Positions 21,001 through 30,081 of a DNA stretch of 64,000 nt are shown here, in pieces. The position numbers and the translations under genes were made by a program. Position 1 is the stretch's first letter. Each line of letters opens with the position of its first letter. The stretch is from a virus: IMG/VR virus record IMGVR_UViG_3300002350_000001. One strand, 5' to 3'. Below the pieces are notes generated by a model, which was given only the letters and a program-made list of their open reading frames with translations, was not told the origin of the DNA and searched no databases.

Positions 21001-21690
21001 TCCACCAAGACCATAAGGGTCTGACGGTATGCACTGACTAGTTGATAGTGCAATATTAGAAGGCAAAGAAATTGGTGTCACACCAAGAGAGTAAGCATTA
21101 AAATCTTCAGACCACTGTCCAAGAGTTATTCCGTTTAAATAAAAAACATAGTCTGACGATGATGCTCCGCCATCTGTATAAGTAAATTGTATAACAAGCC
21201 TTAAGTCGGTATTTTCTTCTGGTATTGTAAATGTTTCAGAAACAAATGACCAAAACTGAAAAACAGAAGTATTAAAGGTTTTAAGATTTTGAATTATTTG
21301 CGATGTTGTTGTATCTGTGTATTCATATCCTATAGAAACAGAAGAAAGGTATGCGCTATCAGAATAGAAATATGATCCAACACTAAATGTTTTTAATTCT
21401 TGACTTAGGTTAGAAAAATTTATTATATTGTCGCTTACCAAAGAAACTGTTTTAATATTTCCAGCAGGAACATCGCCTTCTATCATAGCCATGTAGCTAG
21501 TTAAAAACGGTTGATTCAAGCTAGATGTGCTTGTTGTAACAGTACAGCCTGTTGCTATCCACTCATCTTGTATATTTCTTTGTAATTCTGATATCAAAGA
21601 AATATAATCAGATTTGTCGTCTAAAGCCCAAAGAGCTAACGGTTGCTCTGAATATACTTTCTCTGCATATAGATTAGATGGGGTAGTCAT
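18064..21690 (-). CDS. Large virion protein with LamG/concanavalin-like beta-sandwich domains (1208 aa)
   Basis: LYAEKVYSEQPLALWALDD start; YTVEFWIRIN...FLTLVIG...MLIHVRVIRNSATVLLNGEEI is a LamG-like pattern; own promoter and RBS. Confidence 0.6.
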   Translation of the reverse strand: MTTPSNLYAEKVYSEQPLALWALDDKSDYISLISELQRNIQDEWIATGCTVTTSTSSLNQPFLTSYMAMIEGDVPAGNIKTVSLVSDNIINFSNLSQELKTFSVGSYFYSDSAYLSSVSIGYEYTDTTTSQIIQNLKTFNTSVFQFWSFVSETFTIPEENTDLRLVIQFTYTDGGASSSDYVFYLNGITLGQWSEDFNAYSLGVTPISLPSNIALSTSQCIPSDPYGLGGDVGYYLVDSNSLKARNTGLPMVYGGSNITRLRPNSENLQEPSLIVPGYGFLNKDGQYKEYTVEFWIRINSSAYEARKIFGPIGSSDGLYVESGFLTLVIGKQFSSYFVGEWFRPMLIHVRVIRNSATVLLNGEEIINLNIMTSSLTLPEKLNEYGDDQDWLGFYSYQDITPIEIDCIAIYPYSVANNVAKRRWVYGQGVLSPEGINSGYGGTSAFIDYPFSDYTNNYIYPDIGTWEQGTFDNLNATGLFLSTPQYSLPDIVLNTKTLDDLYEDNLLEQNSLDYRFITFRPNSSWNSDNCYFNFNKFNILGSPISALYGVFSSDNLLTTEILFKIYSSITGNYFIIYKDLDEIVYSINYNGNNQEIYRTDIIVEDEKFAVGVNVSTISQKFGGYVSAFFGNQNGLNIYIAGDNIGDRQFTGKIYSVGLCTSYNYDKIKNNFDSDGFVILDSYLATGSEESLNAIELLQHTASYTLLPTEAYGTYFLDIGVAGSWEDYLPLSYFGQYVTNDVGNTYYDLDFLQFNINYPKPASVSEVEQTTTWTYNELKAEYSSSPVKPYADLDNKLLTGWDDYQDMSENAISFYQYDTQDASIRSYISIQYIKDGANAPESYFANIEPASLSSVINVSDFPNWESTKFEVVDNTIIYPGVGIDFNKMALVYHLDFNIRGILSKPINLKKLEITSQALSNSSATPVGTRFGSNLFPYTRSGFYYDYKAKNPFSIYKGSTPYLYLTRTSGIEVRGDYSPLIDRGISMPINSNLSNNYRISAIQLWMRCDNDEFPGDSVKLFEIDYKGDTIEFYMQPNSDSADRATVYAINKSTGLPSNGISYYWNGAIVREPVITVKEWGVLGVAFSTSLVFDSYLGSLNLNGPIVFNNIAYYQANSLQQVQSTINRPWARVKEDGLSQYEWVYWLNNYTWEGVLIISASELYGVNPSDVYKSYVGTNKIIIDDDEGLMVDADKIKVYSQTTWTIRVGTPV

Positions 21691-21717
21691 TATTTTCTCC
21701 TACCCCAATTATAGCAG

Positions 21718-23748
21718 TTAGGATATTTTTATCATACATGTATCTGTAGTGCAGTATGCTTCGCCTTCAGCTTCTAAATTGTCTACCCCATCATAAATAG
21801 CAGACCAATTAATCTTTTTAATCTGTCCAATATATGCGTTATATTCATCCTTAGTAATCTGGGTATATGGTTGCTGAGGGTATGTTTTATTACCCATTGG
21901 CAAGAAGGATACTGCTTTTAGCTGACCCTCATACATATGAAGTGCTGGAGCTACATGCTTTGTTTCTGTTTCTTTATCAAATGAAAGAGTAACTGAAACA
22001 CCATTATCTGACCAATATTTTTGAGTTGTTGCAGCAAGTGCAATCTTTTCAAATAATGTTACATCTTTTTCAGAGCGTGGATGTCCAGAATGTACTGGGA
22101 AATATACAACAGTTGTATTTGCAGATACTAAATCTGCTTCCATTTTATATCCCGCTGCTTTAAACAAACTGATCATAGGATCTTGATTGCCAAAACGAAT
22201 TGCACGAAGGAAAAAGTTTCCTCCTGGCCCCCAGTGAACACCTGGAGTTGCTCCAGATAGTAGTGATACTGAACCTGATGGCTTAACCGTTGTTACACGA
22301 ATTGATTCACGAACACACAACCATTCAGAATATGAGTGATCATATTTACGAATTGTCTTATATCCCTCATCCATCCATTCACGAACTGCTGGCAAACCCT
22401 TTTGATCAGCAAAGGATGCAATGCCAGTGAGGGATGTTCCTATGCGACGATTGCGCTGCATAATGCCATTTGTAATCTGCCAATGTGTAGGCACAAGTGT
22501 AACTGTCTTTCCATACAAATATGCAAACTTTAGAGTACGCAAAAAGTCTTCTTTAGATTCATGACGATTTAAATGTACTTCAACTAAAGTACAGAGCTCA
22601 TAACTCTCTAATGGTTGTTCGGCACATGGATTAAATCCCATCACACGATAGTCTTTACCATCTGCAGGATCTGCAAGACGACCAAAGTTTCTAGCAACAT
22701 CTAACCAAATAAATCCTGGCTCTCCATTATCTGCAATTAAATCAACATAATCTTCATACTTAGTTCCAACTGAAGCAGAAATAGAATTATTACTCATCCA
22801 TGCCCATCCTGGATTTTCTGGATCAAAAGAATTTCTATCTGGAAAAACTTCTGCATTTTTTAAATTAATAAAGTTTTTATCTTCTGGAGCTCCCAACGCT
22901 AAAGTAGCAGAGCGACGAACATTTCCAGCAACAACACAAGTTCCAATAAGATTTACAACATCTACAATTGCACGAGAATCAAGAGTCTGTCCTGATCTGT
23001 CTCCAATTACAGTACGCAAAGTATCATGTAATTTAATCAAAGGAGCTGGGCCAGATGCTGTTCCGCCAAAACCTTTAATTGGTGCTCCTAATGGTCTAAT
23101 CTCAGAATAATCAAAATTAATCTTAGCCTGACCTTGTTTCAAATATGAATTAAGTAATAGTCTTACAGACTCTACCCATCCTTCTCTTGTATCAGGTATA
23201 ACGTATGTTATTTCTTCTTTAGTGTTAGAGTATATTTCCATACCCTTTTCTTGTCCAAGAGTGTCAAACCCTACTCCTACTCCAAGCATTAGGGCATCCA
23301 TAACCCAGGCAAAAAGGGCTCCAGGGTCGTTTCTATCTATGTCCCTAGTAGAAACCATGGCGCAGTTCTGTAAAGCTGCAGAATTGCGTCTTTCCATTGT
23401 CATAGGGGTGCCAAAAGCCCATAGCCCACGTCCTGGTGGAGTCCACTTAAGATTAAACATACGGTCATAAGCTTCTTGAGCAGATTTTTGTGCCTTATTG
23501 TCATTCCATGGAAGACGATTTTCTTTGGCATGGTTTTTTTGCACTGAATACATACCCTCAATTACACGCTTACAAACCTCATGCCAGCGTTCTTTCATTC
23601 CATTTTCTTTGATTCTTGAATAAGTACGAATAAAAGTGATCTCACCTAAAGAATTGCCACCTGCGTCGGTAAATCCAAAAGGAGGTTCAACCTCTTTATA
23701 CTTGTTTACAAATTCATCCAATAACCTAAAAGAAAATACATCTGACAT
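21718..23748 (-). CDS. nrdJ: Class II (adenosylcobalamin-dependent) ribonucleotide reductase, monomeric RTPR type (676 aa)
   Basis: WTPPGRGLW, LQNC, GNVRRSA, GFNPCAEQPLESYELCTLVEV, TTVKPSGSVS and C-terminal CTTDTC redox pair; length leaves no room for an intein. Confidence 0.93.
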   Translation of the reverse strand: MSDVFSFRLLDEFVNKYKEVEPPFGFTDAGGNSLGEITFIRTYSRIKENGMKERWHEVCKRVIEGMYSVQKNHAKENRLPWNDNKAQKSAQEAYDRMFNLKWTPPGRGLWAFGTPMTMERRNSAALQNCAMVSTRDIDRNDPGALFAWVMDALMLGVGVGFDTLGQEKGMEIYSNTKEEITYVIPDTREGWVESVRLLLNSYLKQGQAKINFDYSEIRPLGAPIKGFGGTASGPAPLIKLHDTLRTVIGDRSGQTLDSRAIVDVVNLIGTCVVAGNVRRSATLALGAPEDKNFINLKNAEVFPDRNSFDPENPGWAWMSNNSISASVGTKYEDYVDLIADNGEPGFIWLDVARNFGRLADPADGKDYRVMGFNPCAEQPLESYELCTLVEVHLNRHESKEDFLRTLKFAYLYGKTVTLVPTHWQITNGIMQRNRRIGTSLTGIASFADQKGLPAVREWMDEGYKTIRKYDHSYSEWLCVRESIRVTTVKPSGSVSLLSGATPGVHWGPGGNFFLRAIRFGNQDPMISLFKAAGYKMEADLVSANTTVVYFPVHSGHPRSEKDVTLFEKIALAATTQKYWSDNGVSVTLSFDKETETKHVAPALHMYEGQLKAVSFLPMGNKTYPQQPYTQITKDEYNAYIGQIKKINWSAIYDGVDNLEAEGEAYCTTDTCMIKIS

Positions 23749-23834
23749 TTAAAATTAAAACCTCTCACTAAAATATTAATAGAACTTTGTTAATCACAAA
23801 GTACTGTAAGTATATCACAAAATTTACAATAAGA

Positions 23835-23860
23835 AAAACCCCTATATTTCAAGGGGTTTT
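23835..23860 (-). terminator. Intrinsic terminator after the tail-fibre gene
   Basis: AAAACCCC-10 nt-GGGGTTTT followed on the minus strand by TCTT. Confidence 0.6.
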
Positions 23861-23910
23861 AACTTATTCAACCTTTAGTTTAGGTTGAGTACTTTTGTTT
23901 TATTAAAGTA

Positions 23911-25428
23911 CTAAGATGTTGCTAGGTCTCCAAGAAGTACCCATGTGTCAGTATTTCTCTTAATAAGAGTTGCAGTTGACCACTGAGTTCTTAGCTTTAA
24001 TGTAGTAGCAGTATTTATTGTTACTCCACCAGTTGCTACCACTGTAGTTTGTCCAGCCCCAGTTTGTACTAAGTTTATCTGTGTTCCTACTGGATACGCT
24101 ACAGAAGAATTTAAAGGAACTGTTAGGTTATTTGCTGAAGCTACGTTCATTTCAACAACCTTATCTTTATCAGCTAAAACCAATGTATAAGATGCTGTTT
24201 GAGCATTTGTTTTCAATGTAGATGATGCAAATTCACGAGCAGTAGATCCATCACCGACAAGAATCTTATCAAGTGTTGAATCCCATGCAATTACACCTTC
24301 TGTAGTTGAAGATGATGTAGAAAGTGTTAGAGTTGGTGTTGTAATTGTAGGGCTTGTAAGTGTTTTATTTGTTAAAGTTTGTGCTGTAGAAAGATCAGCT
24401 GTTACTCCTGTGTTTATACTAAATGATGTTCCAGTTAGTGTAAGTCCATTACCAGCGGTATATGTTCCAGCTCCAGAGAATTGACTAAATGCTATTGGGT
24501 CAGTTCCTACAGTACCTACTGTGTTTGTTTGTACCCAGCCAGTATTATCATTTACAGTACCGCCAGTTACGAATACAAAGTCTCCGCCATCAATTTCTGC
24601 TGGGGTATCAAAATCTGTTGCACGAGAAGGTGCTCCAGAAGCTGCTACAACATAAATACCATTTTGAGACTGTGTTGTTTGATTCTTTACAAGAATTCTG
24701 TTTCCAGTAGCTAAAGTAACACCGTCAAGAATATCTCCATTTTCAACATCAGTTGCAAGTGTAATATTTGCAGTTGTTGCTGCTACAGCTGATGGGTGAA
24801 TATGAAGTCCTTCTGCAACTGCATCAACATATTGTTTTGTTGCTGCCTGCAGAGCGTCTGATGGGTCTGCATGAAGAGTTAGGTATCCAGTCATAGTGGA
24901 TCCTGTTGTATAAACTCCATTTGTTACTGTGCCAGCATTACCGCTGACATTTCCTGTTACGTTACCTGTGACATTTCCTGTTACGTTACCTGTAAGATTT
25001 GCAGTAACTGTTCCAAAAGTAACATTATCTGTTGTTGCTACAGCCTGACCAATTGACAATGTAATTGTGCTATTTGGATCATCGTAAACTTTTGTTACAC
25101 CAGTCCCGCCTACAAGAACATCGTTCATCTCGTCTGCAGTAATTTCACCAAGATCTGGAATCTGAGAAGATGTAAGCTTTCCGCTACCATCAAGTGTTGC
25201 TACACCATTGGCTACAGCAAGATCAGCTGTTTCTACATAATCACCAAGAGTTGTATCAAGTGCTGTCTCATCAATAAAATAATCTAGGCTAGACCAAGTA
25301 TTTGTACCGTCGCCAATTTTAAGTTTGTTTGTATCTGATTCCCAGCCAATTTCACCAGCATTGAGAACAGGATTCGCAGTGGTCCATTGGCTGGCAGTAC
25401 CTCTGCGCTGTTGCATTCTTGTTGCCAT
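23911..25428 (-). CDS. Tail fibre with Mtd_N/hyaluronidase-like N-terminal domain (505 aa)
   Basis: MQQRRGTASQWTTANPVLNAGEIGWESDTNKLKIGDG; GNVT repeats; RILVKNQT..SQNGIY module. Confidence 0.8.
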   Translation of the reverse strand: MATRMQQRRGTASQWTTANPVLNAGEIGWESDTNKLKIGDGTNTWSSLDYFIDETALDTTLGDYVETADLAVANGVATLDGSGKLTSSQIPDLGEITADEMNDVLVGGTGVTKVYDDPNSTITLSIGQAVATTDNVTFGTVTANLTGNVTGNVTGNVTGNVSGNAGTVTNGVYTTGSTMTGYLTLHADPSDALQAATKQYVDAVAEGLHIHPSAVAATTANITLATDVENGDILDGVTLATGNRILVKNQTTQSQNGIYVVAASGAPSRATDFDTPAEIDGGDFVFVTGGTVNDNTGWVQTNTVGTVGTDPIAFSQFSGAGTYTAGNGLTLTGTSFSINTGVTADLSTAQTLTNKTLTSPTITTPTLTLSTSSSTTEGVIAWDSTLDKILVGDGSTAREFASSTLKTNAQTASYTLVLADKDKVVEMNVASANNLTVPLNSSVAYPVGTQINLVQTGAGQTTVVATGGVTINTATTLKLRTQWSTATLIKRNTDTWVLLGDLATS

Positions 25429-25473
25429 TGATATTCCTCCGTTAGCAATCTATGTTCATATTATAACAGATAA

Positions 25474-25935
25474 TTAGTTAAAGTTATCTGTTGCAATTCC
25501 GCCATCCCAGAGGTAAACCCAGGAGTTCGTATTGTAGGATCCTGCATCTTCAAAATCACCAGCTGATTCTGTTACCAGTCCAGCGTCTTTGAAAATACTA
25601 ACCACAAGACCAGTTCCATCGATAGCAGTATCGTGAATGTGTTGTGGTAAGTCTGTTGTATCTATAACAAATGCAATTGGATTCCATGTAGAGTTATAGT
25701 AAACAAACAGTCTTTGTTCTACTGAATCAAAATATAGTTCTCCATTAGTAGCACTAAGTGGAGCAGAAGATTCTACTGGAACTATTACTGTATCAAATAA
25801 GTCATCTACGTAATCTTTTGTAGTTGCATGTGTTCCAAGAGTAGGGGTGGCAACAGTAACTGTGCCTCCAAAAGTACCGCCCAAAGTTACACTAAGGCCG
25901 TTCTTTACCTTGAAGTCTTTGTCTGTTGTTGCCAT
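25474..25935 (-). CDS. Tail fibre-associated protein (153 aa)
   Basis: Shares the N-terminal MAT..KDFKVKNGL with 25956..27731; HATTKDYVD repeat; GELYFDSVEQRLFVYYNSTW. Confidence 0.65.
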   Translation of the reverse strand: MATTDKDFKVKNGLSVTLGGTFGGTVTVATPTLGTHATTKDYVDDLFDTVIVPVESSAPLSATNGELYFDSVEQRLFVYYNSTWNPIAFVIDTTDLPQHIHDTAIDGTGLVVSIFKDAGLVTESAGDFEDAGSYNTNSWVYLWDGGIATDNFN

Positions 25936-25955
25936 CCCTTACTCCTTAACTTTTA

Positions 25956-27731
25956 TTACTTAATTAAAGTTCCAACAACAGCAACATCTGTGTTGTTGTT
26001 AATTGTTGTTACTCTTATTCTTACGTCTGCACCAGAAACATCTGCAGTAACATCAAATAGATTTCCATTTGTGCCAACCATTGCATATTCTGTAATTGCT
26101 ACGTTATTTGAAGCATCAAGAGTCAAAAGAATCTCAGATACTTCTGTGTGAGAAGCTGTTTGAGCCTTTATGATAAACTTTGCAGAACGATATGTTGCAT
26201 GTGCAAAATCATATGCTGTAACTGTGCTCGCTGTAGCAACTGTTGAAGTTGCTGCAACATGTGTTACAACATTGTTAATATCTACTTCTGTAAAGTTTGG
26301 AACTACTGCCTCAAGAGCAGATACTGCACGAGCATCTGTAAAGTAAAGATTTGTTCCTTCAGCAAGAGCTGTTGTGTTGTGATTTGCAAGGCTTGACACT
26401 GTACCAGTAACATTACCTGTTACATCTCCAGTTACGTTTCCTGAAACGTTTCCAGTAAGATCACCAGTAACATTTCCAGTAACATTTCCAGTTAGATTTC
26501 CAGTTACGTCGCCAGTTACGTTGCCAGACACGTTGCCTGTAAGATCACCAGTTACGTTACCAGATACATTTCCAGTTACGTCGCCAGTTACGTTACCAGA
26601 AAGGTTTCCAGTTACGTCGCCGTTAACATTTCCTGTTACGTTACCTGTAAGGTCTGCTGTAACAGTAGATAAAGTAATATTATCTTGTAGTGCAAATGTA
26701 TTTCCAGTAAGATCAAGGTTTGTTCCTGCCTGATATGTGCCAGCACCTGAGAACTGTGTAAATAGAATTGGAGAAGATCCAATTGTAGTTACTACCTGTG
26801 TCTGTACCCATCCAGTATCTCCGTATGTTGAACCGCCTTCTACGAATGTGAAGTCTCCAGGTACAACTTCTGTTGGTGTATCAAAGTCTGAAGCACGTGA
26901 CCATGCTCCAACAGCTGCAACGTAAATACCATTCTGTGAAGTAGTTGACTGATCCTTAACAAGGATACGGTCTCCCGCAACTGTCTGGTATCCATCAATC
27001 ATTAGCAAGCCACCAGTTGCTAAATCAATATTTGCTGTAGTAGCAGCCTTTGATGAAGCGTGAATGTTCAAGCCTTCAGCTACAGAATCAACATATGCCT
27101 TTGTTGCTGCATCATCTGCAGCACTTGGTGTATCTAGATTTGTAACTCTAAATCCACCTGCATTAAGATCAGTTCCAAGTGTTTTATTAGAAACTGTTTG
27201 ATTTCCTGTGTCAGTTAATACTGAGCTATCAATTGCTATTGCACCAGCTTCAATATGAAGACCAGTGCCTAGGTCAGCAGAAAAAGCTCCGCTTGTTGAA
27301 TTATAATCAAGTCCGTCTCCTGCAGATACTGCTCCACGAGCAAGTGTGTCTGAGAAGTACTTGTTTGTTGTACCTTCTGCCAAATCATCAGTGTCATGAT
27401 TTGAAATATCTGATACTGTACCAGTTACGTTGCCAGTAACATCACCTGTAACGTTACCTGAAACGTTTCCTGTTACGTTACCAGTTAAATCACCAGTTAC
27501 GTTACCAGACAATGAAGCAGTTATTGTTCCTGCAGCAAAGTTTCCTGAAGCATCACGTAGTACAACTGTGTTTGGTGTGTTAGAAGGTGTCGCTGCTCCG
27601 CCAATCAAACCAATGATATAAGTTTGATCTGCTTCGCTCTTTGTAAGAATGTCATAATTATTGATGGTACCTGTAGAACCTTCAACAATCAGACCATTCT
27701 TTACCTTAAAGTCTTTTGTGACTGTTGCCAT
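25956..27731 (-). CDS. Tail fibre with long (T/S)G(N/D)(V/L) tetrapeptide repeats (591 aa)
   Basis: Two GNVT repeat blocks; DAATKAYVD; RILVKDQS..QNGIY module; C-terminal YRSAKFII..E..EIL..ITEYA domain. Confidence 0.8.
   Translation of the reverse strand: MATVTKDFKVKNGLIVEGSTGTINNYDILTKSEADQTYIIGLIGGAATPSNTPNTVVLRDASGNFAAGTITASLSGNVTGDLTGNVTGNVSGNVTGDVTGNVTGTVSDISNHDTDDLAEGTTNKYFSDTLARGAVSAGDGLDYNSTSGAFSADLGTGLHIEAGAIAIDSSVLTDTGNQTVSNKTLGTDLNAGGFRVTNLDTPSAADDAATKAYVDSVAEGLNIHASSKAATTANIDLATGGLLMIDGYQTVAGDRILVKDQSTTSQNGIYVAAVGAWSRASDFDTPTEVVPGDFTFVEGGSTYGDTGWVQTQVVTTIGSSPILFTQFSGAGTYQAGTNLDLTGNTFALQDNITLSTVTADLTGNVTGNVNGDVTGNLSGNVTGDVTGNVSGNVTGDLTGNVSGNVTGDVTGNLTGNVTGNVTGDLTGNVSGNVTGDVTGNVTGTVSSLANHNTTALAEGTNLYFTDARAVSALEAVVPNFTEVDINNVVTHVAATSTVATASTVTAYDFAHATYRSAKFIIKAQTASHTEVSEILLTLDASNNVAITEYAMVGTNGNLFDVTADVSGADVRIRVTTINNNTDVAVVGTLIK
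26399..26650. repeat. Degenerate 12-nt tandem repeat (about CCAGTTACGTTA) encoding GNVT units
   Basis: About 20 visible units; shorter blocks near 27420-27500 and 24945-25000. Boundaries are approximate. Confidence 0.8.
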
Positions 27732-27751
27732 TTTTTATCTCCTAAGTTAAA

Positions 27752-28198
27752 TTAAGCCTTGAGTCCCATACGTGCAAAACGTACAGTTATAGGCGTAATA
27801 CCCACTTGCGGTGTTACAGTTATGTTAACCGTTCCACCTGCTTTAGAGACGCTAACGGTGCCAATATTCCCATCGTTGTCTATTGTTCCATACTCTGTGA
27901 CTGATACATCTTCATTATCAATTAGTATGGTCAATTCTGTTGCGTAGAATAAATTATCTCCCGCACTTGTTTTAGAAATTCCAATTAAGTACTTTACCAT
28001 TCTCCAGCTTGCTGCGGTAAAGTTATCAATTACAGTTGCATTTTCAATTCCTGTAATTGTATTTTCATTATTACCAAATGTACCAAGGTCTAACGCTTGC
28101 GCTGCAGTGGTATCAATAAGGTCTGCGTAATCTTCTTGAGACGGACGATCACCAGTCTCATACTTAGATTTTACGGATGCAATTGATATACGGGCCAT
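27752..28198 (-). CDS. Tail fibre-associated protein (148 aa)
   Basis: FETGDRP-like N-terminus (YETGDRPSQEDYADLIDT); C-terminal domain paralogous to that of 25956..27731; leaderless promoter. Confidence 0.65.
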   Translation of the reverse strand: MARISIASVKSKYETGDRPSQEDYADLIDTTAAQALDLGTFGNNENTITGIENATVIDNFTAASWRMVKYLIGISKTSAGDNLFYATELTILIDNEDVSVTEYGTIDNDGNIGTVSVSKAGGTVNITVTPQVGITPITVRFARMGLKA

Positions 28199-28221
28199 GA
28201 GTAAATTATAACATATTTTTG

Positions 28222-28443
28222 TTAAAGAATATAGTTAGAAAAACCAATAACTTGTAAAGGAATGGGCGGTACATTAGATGGACTAACTCCAGGAACTTGT
28301 ATTGCAGTAAATCTAACTCTAAATGGCAAAACCTCTTCAATTACTGATAATTTTGAAGGACCAAGTATTGTTGAGTTAAAACCTTCTAACTCTATATTTT
28401 TTGTTAATACAAATGGATTGTTTAATATTTTTGAAGAAGCCAT
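28222..28443 (-). CDS. Hypothetical protein (73 aa)
   Basis: ORF coupled to the upstream gene by an overlapping stop/start. Confidence 0.6.
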   Translation of the reverse strand: MASSKILNNPFVLTKNIELEGFNSTILGPSKLSVIEEVLPFRVRFTAIQVPGVSPSNVPPIPLQVIGFSNYIL

Positions 28444-28862
28444 TATGGAGTAACATCCTCAAGCACAACGATATACCCTTGTGCTACTGTCCAAACAATT
28501 TCATCACTTGGAAGAGATAGCTCAATATCAAAAATATCATTGGTTTGAAGAAGTTCAGAATCTGATGCACTTAAAAATACAGTAAATTCTCCTGGACCAT
28601 CATCAGCATCTGCTGCTGGTGTCAAAGTCAAAATAACTGTTGCATCATCTGTAATTTTTCCAGGTACTACTGGAGGATTTGGTCTTGCTATATCCATAAC
28701 AATTGTCCAATCTGGAATATTTAATGGTTGACGATTATCATCAGTTACATAAACACGAAATGAAGATGTATCTCCATTAACAATTGTCCATTTTACTTGT
28801 GGTGGTGCTGAACCAATATCGTACTGATTTTGTCCGCTTCCTCTGTATGTTGCCATTATGCT
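28443..28862 (-). CDS. BppU_N-like baseplate/fibre adaptor (about 139 aa)
   Basis: PPQVKWTIVNGDTSSFRV...FTVFLSASDSELL...DIFDIEL...WTVAQG.I.V.EDVT. The likely start MATYRG overlaps the upstream stop; track start is 28886. Confidence 0.55.
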   Translation of the reverse strand, partial: SIMATYRGSGQNQYDIGSAPPQVKWTIVNGDTSSFRVYVTDDNRQPLNIPDWTIVMDIARPNPPVVPGKITDDATVILTLTPAADADDGPGEFTVFLSASDSELLQTNDIFDIELSLPSDEIVWTVAQGYIVVLEDVTP

Positions 28863-29371
28863 AAACCTGCTTTCAATGATCCCCAAGTACCGTTGCCTTT
28901 TGGACTTCTAAATAATAAAGATCCAGTTGATGCATTTGATGATAAAACAATTCCAATAGCACCAGAGCCTAAAGCGGCATTGTTAGTAAGTCCGCCAGAA
29001 TTCCCAACATATAAAATATCTCCAGCTGCAAATGATGATGTATCAATATTGTTAAATACACCAGAAACTAAAATCTCTCCATCGCTACCATTTGTAATAT
29101 TTGACAACGCTAAACCAACAACTGGGAATGTTGTTAGATCTGTTGCTTCACATTTTGCAACTGTTGTTTTTGTAGAAAATCCAGTTACATAAACTGGATC
29201 GCCTTTATTGATTGTTACTCCGCTATTATTTCTAACTTCTGTATCTTGAATTGCAATTGTCTGTAAAACTAAATCTAATCTTTGTGCAAGTGCTGCAAAA
29301 TCTCCAGCTACGTCAACATTATCTGTTGGAAGTGGGTAAGGTAAATCAAATACTGGTGTCTCTGCTGCCAT
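28856..29371 (-). CDS. Virion structural protein, fibre-related (171 aa)
   Basis: TPVFDLPYPLPTD N-terminus; RNNSGVTINKGDPVYVTG...GDILYVG..GGLT motif typical of decoration/fibre proteins. Confidence 0.6.
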   Translation of the reverse strand: MAAETPVFDLPYPLPTDNVDVAGDFAALAQRLDLVLQTIAIQDTEVRNNSGVTINKGDPVYVTGFSTKTTVAKCEATDLTTFPVVGLALSNITNGSDGEILVSGVFNNIDTSSFAAGDILYVGNSGGLTNNAALGSGAIGIVLSSNASTGSLLFRSPKGNGTWGSLKAGLA

Positions 29372-29436
29372 GATTAATATATTATAGCATTAAAACTAAC
29401 TTGACTAGTGAGTAATATTTATGTTATACTAGTGCT

Positions 29437-30030
29437 ATGGCACTGTTAAGGTGCCATATGCATTTTAGGAGGAAAAACTTGATAAACAATAAAATGCTGG
29501 TAGGGGTAATTAGTGGTGCGTTTCTGTTAGTATCTATTTTAGGTGCTATACCGTCACATGCTGCTAAAAATAATTTATCTAAACAGGAAGTATCTAACCT
29601 TGCCACCCTAGAGGTGGCTTTTGTGCTATCTGAGGATAAAAATAACAAAATACTTACTAAGTATGAAAATGCGACAAGTTTGACTGACAGCCAGTTGGTT
29701 GAATTACTTAAGGCAGTAGGGTTCAAAGGAAAAGGTCTTAGAACTGCTTGGGCAGTTGCAAAGGCTGAATCCAATGGTCGTCCATTTGCTTTTAATGGAA
29801 ACACCAATACTGGAGACTCCTCATTTGGAATCTTTCAGATCAATATGCTTGGCACACTTGGTCCAGACAGACGAGATAAATTTGAGCTAGATCTTAATGC
29901 TGAGTTATTTAGCCCTGTCAAAAACGCTGAAATTGTCTATCATATGACAAAAGGTGGTATTGATTGGAGTTCATGGTCATCTTATAATAAAGGTGCTCAT
30001 TACAAATGGCTAAATAAATTTCCAAACTAG
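29437..30030 (+). CDS. Lytic transglycosylase (SLT/lysozyme-like) with N-terminal membrane or signal segment (197 aa)
   Basis: AWAVAKAESNG (catalytic Glu), SSFGIFQINM, WSSWSSY; hydrophobic VGVISGAFLLVSILGAI; TTGACT-18-TATACT promoter. Confidence 0.85.
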   Translation: MALLRCHMHFRRKNLINNKMLVGVISGAFLLVSILGAIPSHAAKNNLSKQEVSNLATLEVAFVLSEDKNNKILTKYENATSLTDSQLVELLKAVGFKGKGLRTAWAVAKAESNGRPFAFNGNTNTGDSSFGIFQINMLGTLGPDRRDKFELDLNAELFSPVKNAEIVYHMTKGGIDWSSWSSYNKGAHYKWLNKFPN

Positions 30031-30046
30031 CTATTTAGCTATAAAG

Positions 30047-30081
30047 ATCCCTCCCTGAAACATGGGAGGGATTTTTTATTT
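30047..30081 (+). terminator. Intrinsic terminator after the transglycosylase gene
   Basis: ATCCCTCCC-tgaaacat-GGGAGGGAT followed by TTTTTATTT. Confidence 0.85.

Noticed and set aside
21718-23748. Intein or intron in nrdJ
   Set aside because: The 676-aa ORF is continuous with normal motif spacing.
23911-25428. Diversity-generating retroelement target (Mtd_N domain)
   Set aside because: No reverse transcriptase and no TR/VR pair differing at adenines is visible in the window; only the N-terminal Mtd-like domain is present.
25956-27731. Ice-nucleation or antifreeze protein
   Set aside because: The repeat is GNVT, not the AGYGSTxT ice-nucleation octapeptide, and the context is a tail fibre.
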